Shown in pieces: positions 39,338 to 52,331 of a stretch of 64,000 bases of DNA. The position numbers were made by a program, and so were the translations under genes. The number at the start of each line of letters is the position of its first letter. Positions within the stretch are counted from its first letter, which is position 1. The notes beneath the pieces are model-generated. The model saw nothing but the letters and a program-made list of their open reading frames with translations, was not told where the DNA came from and searched no databases. Source of the stretch: Octopus bimaculoides (taxonomy: Eukaryota); assembly GCF_001194135.2 (NCBI RefSeq), contig NC_068984.1, positions 18,858,340-18,922,339 of the forward strand, in the 5' to 3' direction.

Positions 39338-39706
39338 CCGTAAATCCTCGAGTATAATCTGCACTTTTTCCCCAAAATTTAAAGGTCAAAATTTCTAGTG
39401 CGTACTATATACGAGGTTAAAAATGAAAAACATTTTCTAAGTGATAAATATGTAAAGGCAATTTACTTAATATTTATTTTTCACTGATGTTATTACTGTT
39501 ATTTCTTTATTTTCTGCAAACAAAGTGCACAAAAAAGCTACACGTTTGCATTATGTTATATATACAATAATAATAAAGGACATTACCGTATATACGTTTA
39601 CAAACCAAGGACGTTATATAGACCTCGTTGACTCAAGTTAGAGAAGGGGTGCTAAAAATCTCCTGCGTATTATACTCAAGGGCAGACTGTACTCGAGGAT
39701 TTACGG
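39338..39706. mobile_element. Tc1/mariner-superfamily (pogo/Tc2-like) MITE
   Basis: TIRs ccgtaaatcctcgagta and tactcgaggatttacgg, flanked by a TA TSD. Confidence 0.85.
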
Positions 39707-41898
39707 TATATATATTTTTTAACTTCACGTTTAAAAATACGAAGATTTCAATACTGAAATGAATTCTTTTTTTTTTTAAATCCCAATTGCTTATATTTTC
39801 TTTATTCAATTATATTCTCTTTTGTCAATGTAATGTTTCTTTTTGTTTGATCTATCATAAAATTTGTAGCACCCTTGAACACAATCAGCTCTGGGTCATA
39901 TTGACCTGTCACGGTTTCCAATTTATTTAATTTCATTTTATTGTCATCTCTTCGGGCCAAAGGAAAATAATTAAAATACGTTACGCTATTGTTATTTAGC
40001 CACAAACCATCCCTGATTGAAGAAATTTATGCTCAAAGGTATTCTAACATTGACCACCACCGCTTTTTAGGAGTATCTGGGATTACATTATTATATTTTC
40101 TTTTAACTTTAATAGGATTTGAAGAAATATGCCTGCTATTTCTACCAGCTCTAACGACTGTGTAGAAGCTCATCTCGTTACTAGGCAAAACTTGAAAACC
40201 CAGCCTCGTCTGCATTTTTTTTTAATCAATTAGTTTCTGTCTTCACTGAACTAATTTAAGTTAACACGTTTAACTATTGAAAATAATGTCGAGCAAATTT
40301 TATCAACACAGGAATACAGAAGACCTAAACAAGATACACCACTATTTTAATTATCGTTAGAACATTGTTCAATTTACAATCAATCAGCTTGGTCTTGATC
40401 AGGCTTCTGATTAATTCCAACTGTAACCTTCCCATCTTTTCCCCCATGAGCTGGAGGATTGCCGTGGCATCAATTTCTAAGGCAGTGAGGTATGATTTGG
40501 TGGAGATTCGACAAGAGTTTCAATAGCTCAATGGACAAAAGTAGATTTGCTTTCCTTCGGCTCTTACATCCTCAGCAGAGAAAAGATCTGACAGTTTCTG
40601 GAAAATGGTTTATTCCAACCCATTTAAAAGACAAGGACTAAAAAATGACATAACGAAAATAATTTCATGTGACATCTGAAAAGAATTTATTATCGACTTG
40701 AGTGACGTTTAAAAACAGTAAATTTCCACCAGACCTAATCCACAAACCTGGTTTCGATTCTCAGTTAGAATTATGAGCAGATAACTGTCCAAAGTGCCCA
40801 TGCCTTAAAACAGTGAACCGTTCTTTATGAGAACGGAAATAAGCCACGAGAGAAGGAGTCCCGTTTTGGTAACCAGTTGTAGATATTTCCATTCACTTAC
40901 CCACTAATTAATCTTCGTGAAAACATATACCGTAATATTTCATTTATAGTTTTTAATTATCTACTCCCAGTTCCTGAAGGACACATATACATACATATAA
41001 AATATTTGATTTTCCAATATTGCTTACTAACCTGGTGAAAACCATGTGTGTAGGACAAAAGCCTTACGGACAAAAGCCCTATGGACAAAAGCCATACGGA
41101 CAAAAGCCCCATAGTTAAAGTGTGAAAATGGATAAAACCCCACGGTTATATTTTTCGATAATTTTTTCATCTTTTTTTTTCCACATTTTACTTGTTTCAG
41201 TCATTGGACTGTCGCCATGCTGGGGCACCGCCTTGAAGAATTTTTAGTTGAATGTATCGACCTCGGACTTTTTTTCTTTCCATTTTACTTGTTATAGTTA
41301 TTAGACTGCGGCCATACTGGGGCACTACCTTGAAGAATTTTTAGTCGAATGTATTGACACTAGAATTTTTTTTTCTACTTGTTGCAGTTATTAGACTGCG
41401 GTCATGCTGGGNNNNNNNNNNGGCACTACCTTGAAGAATTTTTAGTCGAATGTATTGACACTAGAATTTTTTTTTCTACTTGTTGCAGTTATTAGACTGC
41501 GGTCATGCTGGGGCACCACCTTGAAGAATTTTTAGTCGAATGTACTGACTCCAGAATTTTTCAAATGATTTTCAACCAGCACACGAAGTTAAGCCTAGAA
41601 GGTATCTTCACATGCTAGAAACAACAGCCAGATCTCTTGAAATTTTTTTATAACCCCTTCGGTTTTCTTTATTTTCAAAAAATCTTTTTACTTGTTTCAG
41701 TCATTGGACTGCGGCCATGTTGGAGTACCAGCTTGAATTTTTGGCCACAGAAAAGTCAGCATTTTAGAATATATATTTAAAATCTTTTGTTTCCTTCTCT
41801 CTGCACTTATAGATTAATGAGAACAAGTTGACCTTTTAAACTTTCTCTGGCTGTTGAAGGTCTAACAGAAGGCTGGTCGTTCAAACGTACTTCTTATC

Positions 41899-42276
41899 GA
41901 AGTAGTTGTATGCTGTCAACTTAATGTGACAGTCCCATGAAGGGAATGATACTACTGTTGTTTAGCCTTAGGAAGCTGCACCGCTTCCTGTCGGCCTTGA
42001 CGCATTTCCTGTGTCCTTATGTTTACAAGGGGGAGACAAGCACCTCCACCCAGCTAAGCCTGCATCCAGAGACATGTTTCTGAGTCTTTGCTCGTCATCA
42101 GTCTGGAGTAGCATGACCTGCTAGTTGAAGATGCCTGTCTTCCCCCTTGTAAACATAAGGACACAGGAAATGTGTCAAGGCCGACAGGAAGCAGTGCAGC
42201 TTCCTAGGTCTAAACAACAGTAGTATTATTCCCTTCATGGGACTGTCACATTAAGTTGACAGCATACAACTACTTC
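41899..42276. mobile_element. 378-bp fold-back element with about 150-bp inverted arms and a central hammerhead
   Basis: Left arm gaagtagttgtatgctgtcaac...ggagacaagcacctcc is the reverse complement, with few mismatches, of gaagatgcctgtcttccccc...cagcatacaactacttc. Confidence 0.85.
42065..42107 (-). ncRNA. Minimal type I hammerhead at the apex of a fold-back element
   Basis: Minus strand reads UCCAGA-CUGAUGA-C GAG CAAAGA CUC A-GAAA-C AU G-UC-UCUGGA. Helix I is a perfect 6 bp and helix III is the palindrome ACAUGU. The base of helix II is a non-canonical C/A. Confidence 0.7.
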
Positions 42277-44041
42277 AACGTATCACTACTGCATAAATCT
42301 TTCTGAGAGATTTAGAAATGTATTATTTCGTACTTCTTATCGTTTGCCTAAATAGGGAGATGAGTGTTTCTCCATAAAAATGACAATTTCTGGTTTTTGT
42401 GAAGAAAAAACATGTCAGAGACGTGTTATATTTACTTTCATTTTGTGTGTATATATAATCATTCAAACGTACTTCTTATCGTTTTTATGTTGCTACACAT
42501 TTCTTGAAGTAAATGCTTTCCCTTTTGCTAGAATTCAGACAATACGTACATTAAGTAGTAAAGAATCTTGTATTCTGTTATTCTATTATTGATGTTAAAG
42601 GTTGAATTTATTTTCATTTTCAAACTTTAGAATTATTTTAAAAATGATGAAAATAACTGGAACACACAGAAATTACCATTGTAAGGGACATAGATGTTTT
42701 GACACTGTTTTTCAATTGAATTAGTTTTGTTTACTTAAAAATCGGCATTTTGGAAAATAATTTTTTTTTTACAACCACAATTTCCGTTTTTGTTTATATG
42801 AAATTATTTAAAAAAAAATTGTAAGATTTGGCTGTTATTTCTAACATGTGGAGAGACCTGCTAGGCTTAACTTCACGCGCTGGTTCAAAATCACCATAAA
42901 AGATTCTGGGGTCGAGACATTCGACTAAAAATTCTTCAAGGTGGTGCCCCAGCATGGCCGCAGTCCAGTGACAGAAACAAGTAAAACGATTTTTTGAAAA
43001 TAAAAAAAAGCGAAGAATAACCAAAAAGCATAACCGAGGCGAGGTTATAAAAAAAATTTCAAGAGATTTGGCTGTTATTTCCAGCTTGTCGAGAGACCTA
43101 GGTTTAACTTCATACGCTGGTTGAAAATCATCTAAAAAAATTCTGGAGTCGATACAATCAACTATAAATTCCTCATGGTAGTGTCCCAGCATGGCTGCAG
43201 TCTAATGACTGCAACAAGTAAAAAGAAAAGCAAATATGAAGCTTAAAAGATTTTCTGGGTCCCAAACAGCATCTAGAAATTCTTTAAGGTCGTGACCCAG
43301 CATGGCCGGCCGCACTCTAATAACTGCAACAAGTAAAAAAAAAATTCTGGAGTTGATACATTCAACTAAAAACTCTAAAAACGAAAAAATAACCGAAAAG
43401 TATAACCGTGGGGCTTTTGTCCTAAGGGATTTTTGTCCGAGGGGCTTTTGTTTGGACCCCGAAAATCACACAACCGAACTGGAGTTTCTGAGACTATTAT
43501 AGCCATCAAAAACGGATATTCTTTCAGGATGTTTTAAAATATATGTTGTTACATTTTAAAGATCAAACTTCTCATATCTTATTGATGTAACCATCAATTA
43601 TAGGAGAGTAACTTAAGAATAGCGCCTCTTTGCTATAAACCGTATTACATGTAATTTCTTTTTCGTTGATCTTATTGACATAATTAAATACATTTAATTT
43701 AGAAATTAGGAACAATTACCATAGAATATAATGTTTTAAAATAAAAGGATTGTTGAATTCTCAGCGAATTTGTTATATAATTGGTTATGAACTGTGATAG
43801 CCAAGGGATATTGCCATGCCATCGCAAAAATTGTAGGCTGGGTGTAACTATAGAGCAGCACATAACTTGCGAGCAGAACGAGAAAGTAGTCGGGTTTAAT
43901 AGAAAAAAAAAATCAGAATGACTTGAGAAGAACAAGTGCCAGAATCGCTTAGAGAGTCAGACAGAATGTTTCATGGTATTTGTTCCAACTCTCAAATCCC
44001 GCTGAGCTCACTTTAGCCTTTCATTCTATCAGGAATCTATA

Positions 44042-44078
<37 letters not shown>

Positions 44079-46327
44079 GCAAAACTCAAGCATAAAGATT
44101 TAAAAACCAATACTGAAGTGGGAAATCAAATAAAATACATGTGAAGATATAATAAAATATCCTCTAAAGAAAAAAACCCCAAGACACTAATGCAAGGCTG
44201 CAGATTGACGGAACTGTAAACATGTCGGACCGAATGCTTTATGATGTTGTATTCCGGTTCTCTGTTTTGATTTTAAGTCCCTGGCCAACTCGAGTGGTAA
44301 ACACAACCCCTCACCCGGTGTAGGAGCGCCTGGCATCTTGTGGCTTTAGTGAAGACCATTGTGTGGTATGCATTTGGGTCAGGTCTCTGGTTTGAAGATA
44401 TCTTCCTCCTTCCAGTCTCAGAGGACCTATAAAGGGTTATGAATACCACCGTCTATTCCGTCTAAAAAAAGAATTGAAGAAGCATTGAATTATATTTGAA
44501 AAAGAAGTGAAAGGGAGAGAGAGTGAGACTGCACTCGAATGGCGTGTTCACTAGAGATAGTTAATTGGCTACCATGAAATCACAGAAAAATATCCATTAG
44601 AAAGAATGCTTTGTTCTAGATTAGTAAATTGAAATTTGGGAGAAATAATTGATAATTTGTACGAATTCAAATGAAATTGTTTTTTTCAATCCTTTTGTTC
44701 CATTTTAAAATGCGATCAAATAAAATGATATGAGAGATAATAACGAAAGAAGCGCCGAAAAAAGTGAATTCAGCTACATATATTCGATTTCACCAAGAAC
44801 AGTATGACGCTTATGATAAGCACAACGGCGCTCTTAAAAGTTCGGCCATTTTCATTTTTCGATACTGTTCCTGTTTCTCTAATTTGGTGAAGTTTCACTT
44901 TGGAAATAACATTTCATTATTTCATTCCGAAAATATATATATAAAACGTCATGAGTCTTCAGGTTCCTTCTGTATAACAAAGTCCGTCTCGCTTTGCATA
45001 ATTATTTAAAATGAGTTTAATTTGCGTAAGTAAAGACATTGTAAAGAACTTGAATTTTTAATGGTTGGTCTTTTATTTTAATGGCTAGTCTTTTATTTTC
45101 ACTTAAACTGATTTTTTTTTTCGGTTTTATTTCAATATCAAAATTAGTTTAAATATTTAAATATAATTTTATATATTTACTTCTTTCGATAAATTCCTTG
45201 CTATCCTAATTTTCAATTGGAAACTTTAAACGTCTATAACGGTTTGGGGGTTGTGAAGGAAAGAAAAAAAAAATGGCATCAGCGATTGAATGATACATCT
45301 ATATGAACACCTTAGATTTTATTCTAGTAATCGTGAAATCGTTCGATATATAGCTGACGATCGAAGATATGATAGTTAATAGACGGATAAATGGATTGTT
45401 TATTTGAGAAGAGTTAACGTAAATTATAGATGACTACCATAAAATACCTATTGATACGAATAAGGGATCCATTCCAGTTGCGCTAACAGCTAATTAGTGG
45501 AATGACTGCTGTATTATTTTATATTCATTGTGATATTATTGGTACTTTTAAAAGAATGGTTAAACGGTAACACGATTTTGACATTTAAGTGTTCAGTATT
45601 TGAAGAAGTATCGTTGATATTAGCAACATGAAAGTTGTAATAAAAACGCGTGGAATGAAACGGCCGAGTTAAAAATTTAGCAATATGGCGAATCTCTAGT
45701 TTGTTGGAATTAATGAAATGAGGTTACAATTAGTAATTGTCATTAAGACACTTCAATACTCTGAGACACTTAATGGCAAAAGTTATTTTAACCGCAAAAG
45801 GTACGATGGGAGTGGTGGTGGGGTTTAAAATGCGAATTACAAGTGTTTCTGGAATGTGGAATACTATAAAATAATGGAAAGACTAATAATAATTGTAGCA
45901 GCTATCTCTCCTCTCTCAAGGAGCGGAATGAGATATTTGAAAAGTATGGATTTTCTAAACAAAAAAATATATTTTGAGCGATTTACAAGTGTTTTGCAAT
46001 GTGGAATACGATAAAATGTTGAAAAATGTCAAGAAAGAGAAAAAAAATCCATTTTATTCGTAACAGCTAATCCGAAAGTCCGCCCACTTAAAAATCGATA
46101 AAAAAGATTATATAACTTTTTCATGTAAATCTTATAATATATTCGGTGGTATTTTTGAAATATATTTTCTTTAACAATGTCGTTGGCATTCGGAATCATA
46201 TATTTTACTTCAATAAATTACATGTTGTGTTAAGGAGTGATATAGATGTATAAATTTAGTAGTCGTCCTTTGGCGTATACAAATACGTGTTTAATGTATC
46301 ATTTATTATTTTTTTTCCCCCATACAG

Positions 46328-46402
46328 TCAGAAGACTCGAAATTAACTGAGAATACAACAAAGGAAGTGAAAAATGTTCCAGCCAGTCCAGTCGTTGGCG
46401 AT
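46328..46402 (+). CDS. Exon SEDSKLTENTTKEVKNVPASPVVGD
   Basis: tttttttcccccatacag| acceptor, GAT|gtaaat donor, 75 nt, phase 0/0. Confidence 0.55.
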
Positions 46403-46489
46403 GTAAATATATAAAATCCAATATATTTTAACTGATTCATCCAACACACACACATGCATGTAACACAATTTAGACATTTATGTCTGCAG

Positions 46490-46543
46490 AAGCCATTGCA
46501 GCATTTGCTAATATCAGCTTCCAACGACCCTGACAATATTGAA
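46490..46543 (+). CDS. Exon KPLQHLLISASNDPDNIE
   Basis: tgtctgcag| acceptor after an 87-nt intron, GAA|gtaatt donor, 54 nt, phase 0/0. Confidence 0.5.
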
Positions 46544-47439
46544 GTAATTACTGTTTTGTAGATGCTATTATCGCAAGGAACAAAATGCTAAGAGACATTT
46601 CGTTCGTCTTCACGTTCAAATGCTGCCGAGATCGACTTTGCCATTCATCCTTTCGGGGTTCGATAAATAAGTACCAGCTTAGCACTCGGGACAAGGTAAC
46701 CAGTTCCTCCCACCCCAAAATGCTGGCCTTTTGCCAAAATTTTAAACCATTATTCTCCGTCGAAGCAATGCGGATTGAAGGCAACTTGTAGACTATACAT
46801 GGTATTTTCTTCAAGGCAGCTTCAAGAAAATCTTTTTACAAAAATCGGCATTTTTGATTACCATGCAGTAATATCCAATATCAAGAGTCCAGTTTAACAG
46901 GCAAGACCACAAATTAATTACAAGTATAATGAATTTGCTTTGTTTACGTTCACCACAAATATAAAACAGAACATTACATATTACAATAAAGAATCTTGCA
47001 ACATAATCACGAGGGCATTAATTGAATTATTAGCAAGACTTTTCTTTAGGCTGAGAGTAAAATTCAACTATAGATTACGTTTAACTTTGTAGAAATACCA
47101 CATAAAAGTCAACAGTGTACTCATTACATATCTGGTACATGGCACAAACATCACACAGCCATACACCTAGTTTGTATGCACTAAACAAGCTTCTTCATAA
47201 ATGGGAAAATAATCCATCTTTAACTCTTTGCCTGTCTTGTGTATCACACATGATACTCAGGAATATTGCTCTGATGTCCATGCATCATATATGATATATA
47301 TTCCCAACTTAAAACTTATGAAATGAAGGCTTTATATCATTTCAGAATGTGTGAAATATTCTGAGAAAAGCAAACAGGGGCCAACTAAAAATTTGAAAAC
47401 AAGCATGGACATTTAGGACAAACTTAAGAAAATGCTTTG

Positions 47440-48125
47440 GATGAGCTGCACTGGCTTGACTGACACTATCTGACATGTTTCTGCTCAGCTTCTGAGCCTC
47501 ACGGCAGAACTTGGCTCAATGTGGTGCCATCATTCACAACTGTCACTCAACTTGATAGCAATTGTCTGCATATTGATGTTTCCCTGAAGCTTGGCCTCCA
47601 GAGCTGTGAGACTTGTGAATGTTACTGTGGATCTACTGTGGATTCTTTTGGCTTCCACCCACTGTCATGCCATCATAATGCTGGCTGCCTTCCACACCAT
47701 GCAACCCTTAACAAAGTTATAAAGCATGGCCTAGATATTGCAGGTTTCCCTTCACAGCTCAAGCCAGTGGGGCTAGACCAAAGGAATGGTTAAAAGTCTG
47801 ACAGTATGACAATTTTCATGTTCTGTGGCAGTAGGAGCCACTTCTGGGATGCCACATGCTGTGACAACTTAGTATGTTCAGCTACCAGCCCAGGCTGAAA
47901 AAAGCAAATTGTCAAGGTATCAGTCACTTTCTGACAGGTTCATAGTCAAGCCTGTAGCAGTGGAGACCTTCAGCTTTCTCGGACCATATCCCTGTTCACT
48001 ACTATTGGTGTGTAGATTGCTGTCCACATGTGTGAGCCCTGCGAGTCAGAGTGGCTATTCCAGTGCATCTCCCTGTCCATTCCCCCTGGAACAACACCTT
48101 TTCCATTTTGTCTGCTTGGATCATA
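47440..48125 (+). mobile_element. CRE-clade non-LTR retrotransposon C-terminal relic (CCHC + RLE)
   Basis: LKLGL...CECYCGSTVDSFGFHPLSC...HHATLNKVIK...PVGLDQRNG*KSDSMT...FWDATCCD. Confidence 0.75.
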
Positions 48126-49218
48126 AGGCAGTCTGACACATTCCATCTTTAATATAGCAATGACACTGGCAGCAACAATAACAATTAAATTCAAACCAAA
48201 GAGAGACCCTCTGCATGGTTGCCTATATATCAAAATGTTATTCTACTTAATTTTACCCCTGCTACAATGGGCAATGGGATCTGCTACTTTAAACCTGGTC
48301 ACTGTACATGGTAACTCCAAGTATGACTTGGTAGCATATACCTTGCTTTTGCTAATTATTTTAGGTACCTACATAGTCACAAGCAGACAGAGACACCATC
48401 TCAGCTTTCCCACTTGTAAACCAGAGAATCTCTCTCTCTCAAATATATAAATAGATGTGCTTTTAAGTTGGTTTTCTTGTATATCTAACTTATCTGTCCT
48501 ATACTGTTTTCTTTTAATGTTATATTATGAAATTAAAACATTAGCCTATTTTTTTCTATACCACAGATATAATTAACAGAGCATGTTTGATCTACTGTTT
48601 TAGCGATACTTCCCTCTCTGTGTGCGTGTATGTATACATACATGTGTAAGTGCATATATATACATATGTGAGTTCTTGCAATTTGTTTGAGACACTCAAA
48701 TTCCCAAATCCATTATCAACATTTTTAAACCTTTCAGAATTTTATCTGGATAAAGTAATGTTGGTGTAGGTTACTATGTCCTAACAGAATGCAGGACCAA
48801 AATAACTAGTGGAAACAACAGAAAAATTTGTAATTTATATGCCAACAGTCAAATGTTGTTTTGTTTGTGACTTGTGTATGTTATCTGTGTGTTAATCATT
48901 TATTTTTTGGGGGAAATCTGTATAGAGTAGAGGTGTTGTTTGTTAATATTTTCCTATGTAGTTTTATTCTGTGTTTGGTGATGTAGCACACTACAATTTT
49001 TCATTTTGGAAATTTTGCGTTTCAGACAACTTGTAAGAAATTCATGCCAAAACATGAAAATAAATCCTAACAAAAGCATAATTCTAGAATACAATCAGAA
49101 ACATTTGCATTTGAGAGACTTTCAAGCTCTTAATTACTTCTCATGTATCCCATTAAGAATATTACTGTGGATATCTTGACAATACCCTTTATTTTTTATT
49201 TTATCCATTCCTTATCAG

Positions 49219-49362
49219 GTCGGAGCAGTGGGAAAGAAAAGTAAAATGAAGAAGATTGAAAGCTTGAAGATTCTGAAATCAAAGAAGGGATCTAATAGTG
49301 CAGCACATCTTGTCAGGAAATCAGAAGAAAAACCAAGTGTGGTGCACATAGAAATTAAACCA
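49219..49362 (+). CDS. Lys-rich exon VGAVGKKSKMKKIESLKILKSKKGSNSAAHLVRKSEEKPSVVHIEIKP
   Basis: ttccttatcag| acceptor, CCA|gtaagt donor, 144 nt, phase 0/0. Confidence 0.65.
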
Positions 49363-49411
49363 GTAAGTATAGTTCATACCAGTTCTTGAGTAACTTGAGT
49401 GAATATGTATA

Positions 49412-50651
49412 TGAGGGACGCTGAAAAGTTCCTAGCTTTAAAGGTATTGCAAAAAGCCTGATTGGAGGCCCAACTGCCAAAGTTCTTTTGCAGGGCTTAG
49501 AAAAATTGAAAGACTGCTGCAGTAAGTGTGTGAACCTGAGAGGGGAATATCTTGTCATCATCATCATCATCATCGTTTAACGTCCGCTTTCCATGCTAGC
49601 ATGGGTTGGACGATTTGACTGAGGACTGGTGAAACCGGATGGCAACACCAGGCTCCAGTCCGATTTGGCAGAGTTTCTACAGCTGGATGCCCTTCCTAAC
49701 GCCAACCACTCAGAGAGTGTAGTGGGTGCTTTTACGTGTCACCCGCACGAAAACGGCCACGCTCGAAATGGTGTCTTTTATGTGCCACCCGNNNNNNNNN
49801 NNNNNNNNNNNNNNNNNNNNNNNNNNNNNNNNNNNNNNNNNNNNNNNNNNNNNNNNNNNNNNNNNNNNNNNNNNNNNNNNNNNNNNNNNNNNNNNNNNNN
49901 NNNNNNNNNNNNNNNNNNNNNNNNNNNNNNNNNNNNNNNNNNNNNNNNNNNNNNNNNNNNNNNNNNNNNNNNNNNNNNNNNNNNNNNNNNNNNNNNNNNN
50001 NNNNNNNNNNNNNNNNNNNNNNNNNNNNNNNNNNNNNNNNNNNNNNNNNNNNNNNNNNNNNNNNNNNNNNNNNNNNNNNNNNNNNNNNNNNNNNNNNNNN
50101 NNNNNNNNNNNNNNNNNNNNNNNNNNNNNNNNNNNNNNNNNNNNNNNNNNNNNNNNNNNNNNNNNNNNNNNNNNNNNNNNNNNNNNNNNNNNNNNNNNNN
50201 NNNNNNNNNNNNNNNNNNNACATGTCCATACCAGCGCAATCGTCTCTCTTGCACGCCACAACTGATGCTTCTAATGTTCAGCTTTTCTCTCAAGATACTT
50301 ACACTCTGACGGGTATTCACATTGACATTACACATCCAACGGAGCATACTGGCTTCATTCCTTGCGAGCTTACGTATGTCCTCAGCAGTTACAGCCCATG
50401 TTTCACTGCCATGTAGCATGGTTGTTCGTACGCATGCGTCATACAGTCTGCCTTTTACTCTGAGTGAGAGTCCCTTTGTCGCCAGCAGGGGTAAGAGCTC
50501 TCTAAACTTTGCCCAGGCTATTCTTATTCTAGCAGCTACACTTTCAGCGCACCCACCCCCACTACTAACTTGGTCGCCCAGATAATCATAATTAATTGAT
50601 CCTCCTGTATGTTCTTATACCCAAAGCCAGGAACTTTTCAGCACCCTTCAT
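49412..50651. mobile_element. Mariner-derived MITE split by an RTE insertion
   Basis: TIR tgagggacgctgaaaagttcctagct at 49412 and its reverse complement at 50623-50651; mariner C-terminal relic GLEKLKDCCSKCVNLRGEY. Confidence 0.7.
49552..50585 (-). mobile_element. RTE-clade LINE 3' fragment (contains a gap)
   Basis: RIRIAWAKFRELLPLL...MLHGSETWAV...LRWMCNV...RRLRWYGH, plus 3' UTR and (CAT)n tail. Confidence 0.85.
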
Positions 50652-51364
50652 GTGTGTGTGTATGCATGCATCATTCTTTCTTTCCTTCCTTCCTTCCTTT
50701 AATGTCCGGTGTCCATGCTGGCATGGCTTGAGCAGTTTGACCAGAACTGGCGAGCTGCACCAGACTCCAATCTGATTTGGCATGGTTTCTACAGCTGGAT
50801 GCCCTTCCTAACATCACTTTACAGAGGGTGCCAGGTGTTTTTACATGGTACCACATGGGTGCTTTTATGTGGCACCACCATGAGTGCTTTACATCACCAG
50901 CAAGATCGATACACACACACACACACACATATTATATTCAAGTACAGTCTAAACTAAGAGATTTAGTTCCATAAATTATAATGCAAAGTGAAACTGAATC
51001 TCCTCTTTTATTCTGCTCTTAGATATACACTCCATAAATTATTCAAATGTTTAAATGTATATAATACTGAAAGAAAATTGGAGGACAGATACTTGATTGG
51101 AGTTTGGGCATGCATGGATTTACATGGAATTCTGAACACTGGTCAACCATTTAACCATTATGCTATTTCATTTGAAGTTGCAATTTTTCGTTTCTTTCTT
51201 CTTTTTTTTTGGGGGGGGGGGTTGTTCCTAAACAACACAACCATAATATCTATGGAACAGCTGATGATGGAAGTATGTTGGATTGTTGGTATGGCTGTTT
51301 TTGTATGTGTGGATATGTATATGTGGTATATTTATACACACACACATATATATATATATATATA

Positions 51365-52331
51365 NNNNNNNNNNNNNNNNNNNNNNNNNNNNNNNNNNNN
51401 NNNNNNNNNNNNNNNNNNNNNNNNNNNNNNNNNNNNNNNNNNNNNNNNNNNNNNNNNNNNNNNNNNNNNNNNNNNNNNNNNNNNNNNNNNNNNNNNNNNN
51501 NNNNNNNNNNNNNNNNNNNNNNNNNNNNNNNNNNNNNNNNNNNNNNNNNNNNNNNNNNNNNNNNNNNNNNNNNNNNNNNNNNNNNNNNNNNNNNNNNNNN
51601 NNNNNNNNNNNNNNNNNNNNNNNNNNNNNNNNNNNNNNNNNNNNNNNNNNNNNNNNNNNNNNNNNNNNNNNNNNNNNNNNNNNNNNNNNNNNNNNNNNNN
51701 NNNNNNNNNNNNNNNNNNNNNNNNNNNNNNNNNNNNNNNNNNNNNNNNNNNNNNNNNNNNNNNNNNNNNNNNNNNNNNNNNNNNNNNNNNNNNNNNNNNN
51801 NNNNNNNNNNNNNNNNNNNNNNNNNNNNNNNNNNNNNNNNNNNNNNNNNNNNNNNNNNNNNNNNNNNNNNNNNNNNNNNNNNNNNNNNNNNNNNNNNNNN
51901 NNNNNNNNNNNNNNNNNNNNNNNNNNNNNNNNNNNNNNNNNNNNNNNNNNNNNNNNNNNNNNNNNNNNNNNNNNNNNNNNNNNNNNNNNNNNNNNNNNNN
52001 NNNNNNNNNNNNNNNNNNNNNNNNNNNNNNNNNNNNNNNNNNNNNNNNNNNNNNNNNNNNNNNNNNNNNNNNNNNNNNNNNNNNNNNNNNNNNNNNNNNN
52101 NNNNNNNNNNNNNNNNNNNNNNNNNNNNNNNNNNNNNNNNNNNNNNNNNNNNNNNNNNNNNNNNNNNNNNNNNNNNNNNNNNNNNNNNNNNNNNNNNNNN
52201 NNNNNNNNNNNNNNNNNNNNNNNNNNNNNNNNNNNNNNNNNNNNNNNNNNNNNNNNNNNNNNNNNNNNNNNNNNNNNNNNNNNNNNNNNNNNNNNNNNNN
52301 NNNNNNNNNNNNNNNNNNNNNNNNNNNNNNN
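51365..52331. other. Assembly gap (largest of many N-runs)
   Basis: N-run; others at about 7.1, 10, 11, 12.2, 18.6, 24.6, 33.8, 49.8 and 54.5 kb. Exons could be hidden in them. Confidence 1.

Larger units (their letters stand above)
41051..43455. repeat. Pair of about 700-bp composite repeats in inverted orientation (41051-41750 and 42790-43455)
   Basis: Both blocks carry 15-bp GGACAAAAGCC tandem units, cacggttata, tandem SINE-tail units and a ttttcaaccagc...gaaataacagcc segment, in mirror order. Confidence 0.7.

Noticed and set aside
41340-41520. Exact tandem duplicate across the 10-N gap at 41412
   Set aside because: Likely a contig-overlap artefact; the true unit number in the tandem array is uncertain.
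44270-44460. GC-richer structured patch as an HDV-like ribozyme
   Set aside because: P1 and P2 pairings could not be assigned.
44727-45009. Open frame EIITKEAPKKVNSATYIRFHQEQ... as an exon
   Set aside because: No credible splice acceptor, and an in-frame stop lies directly upstream.
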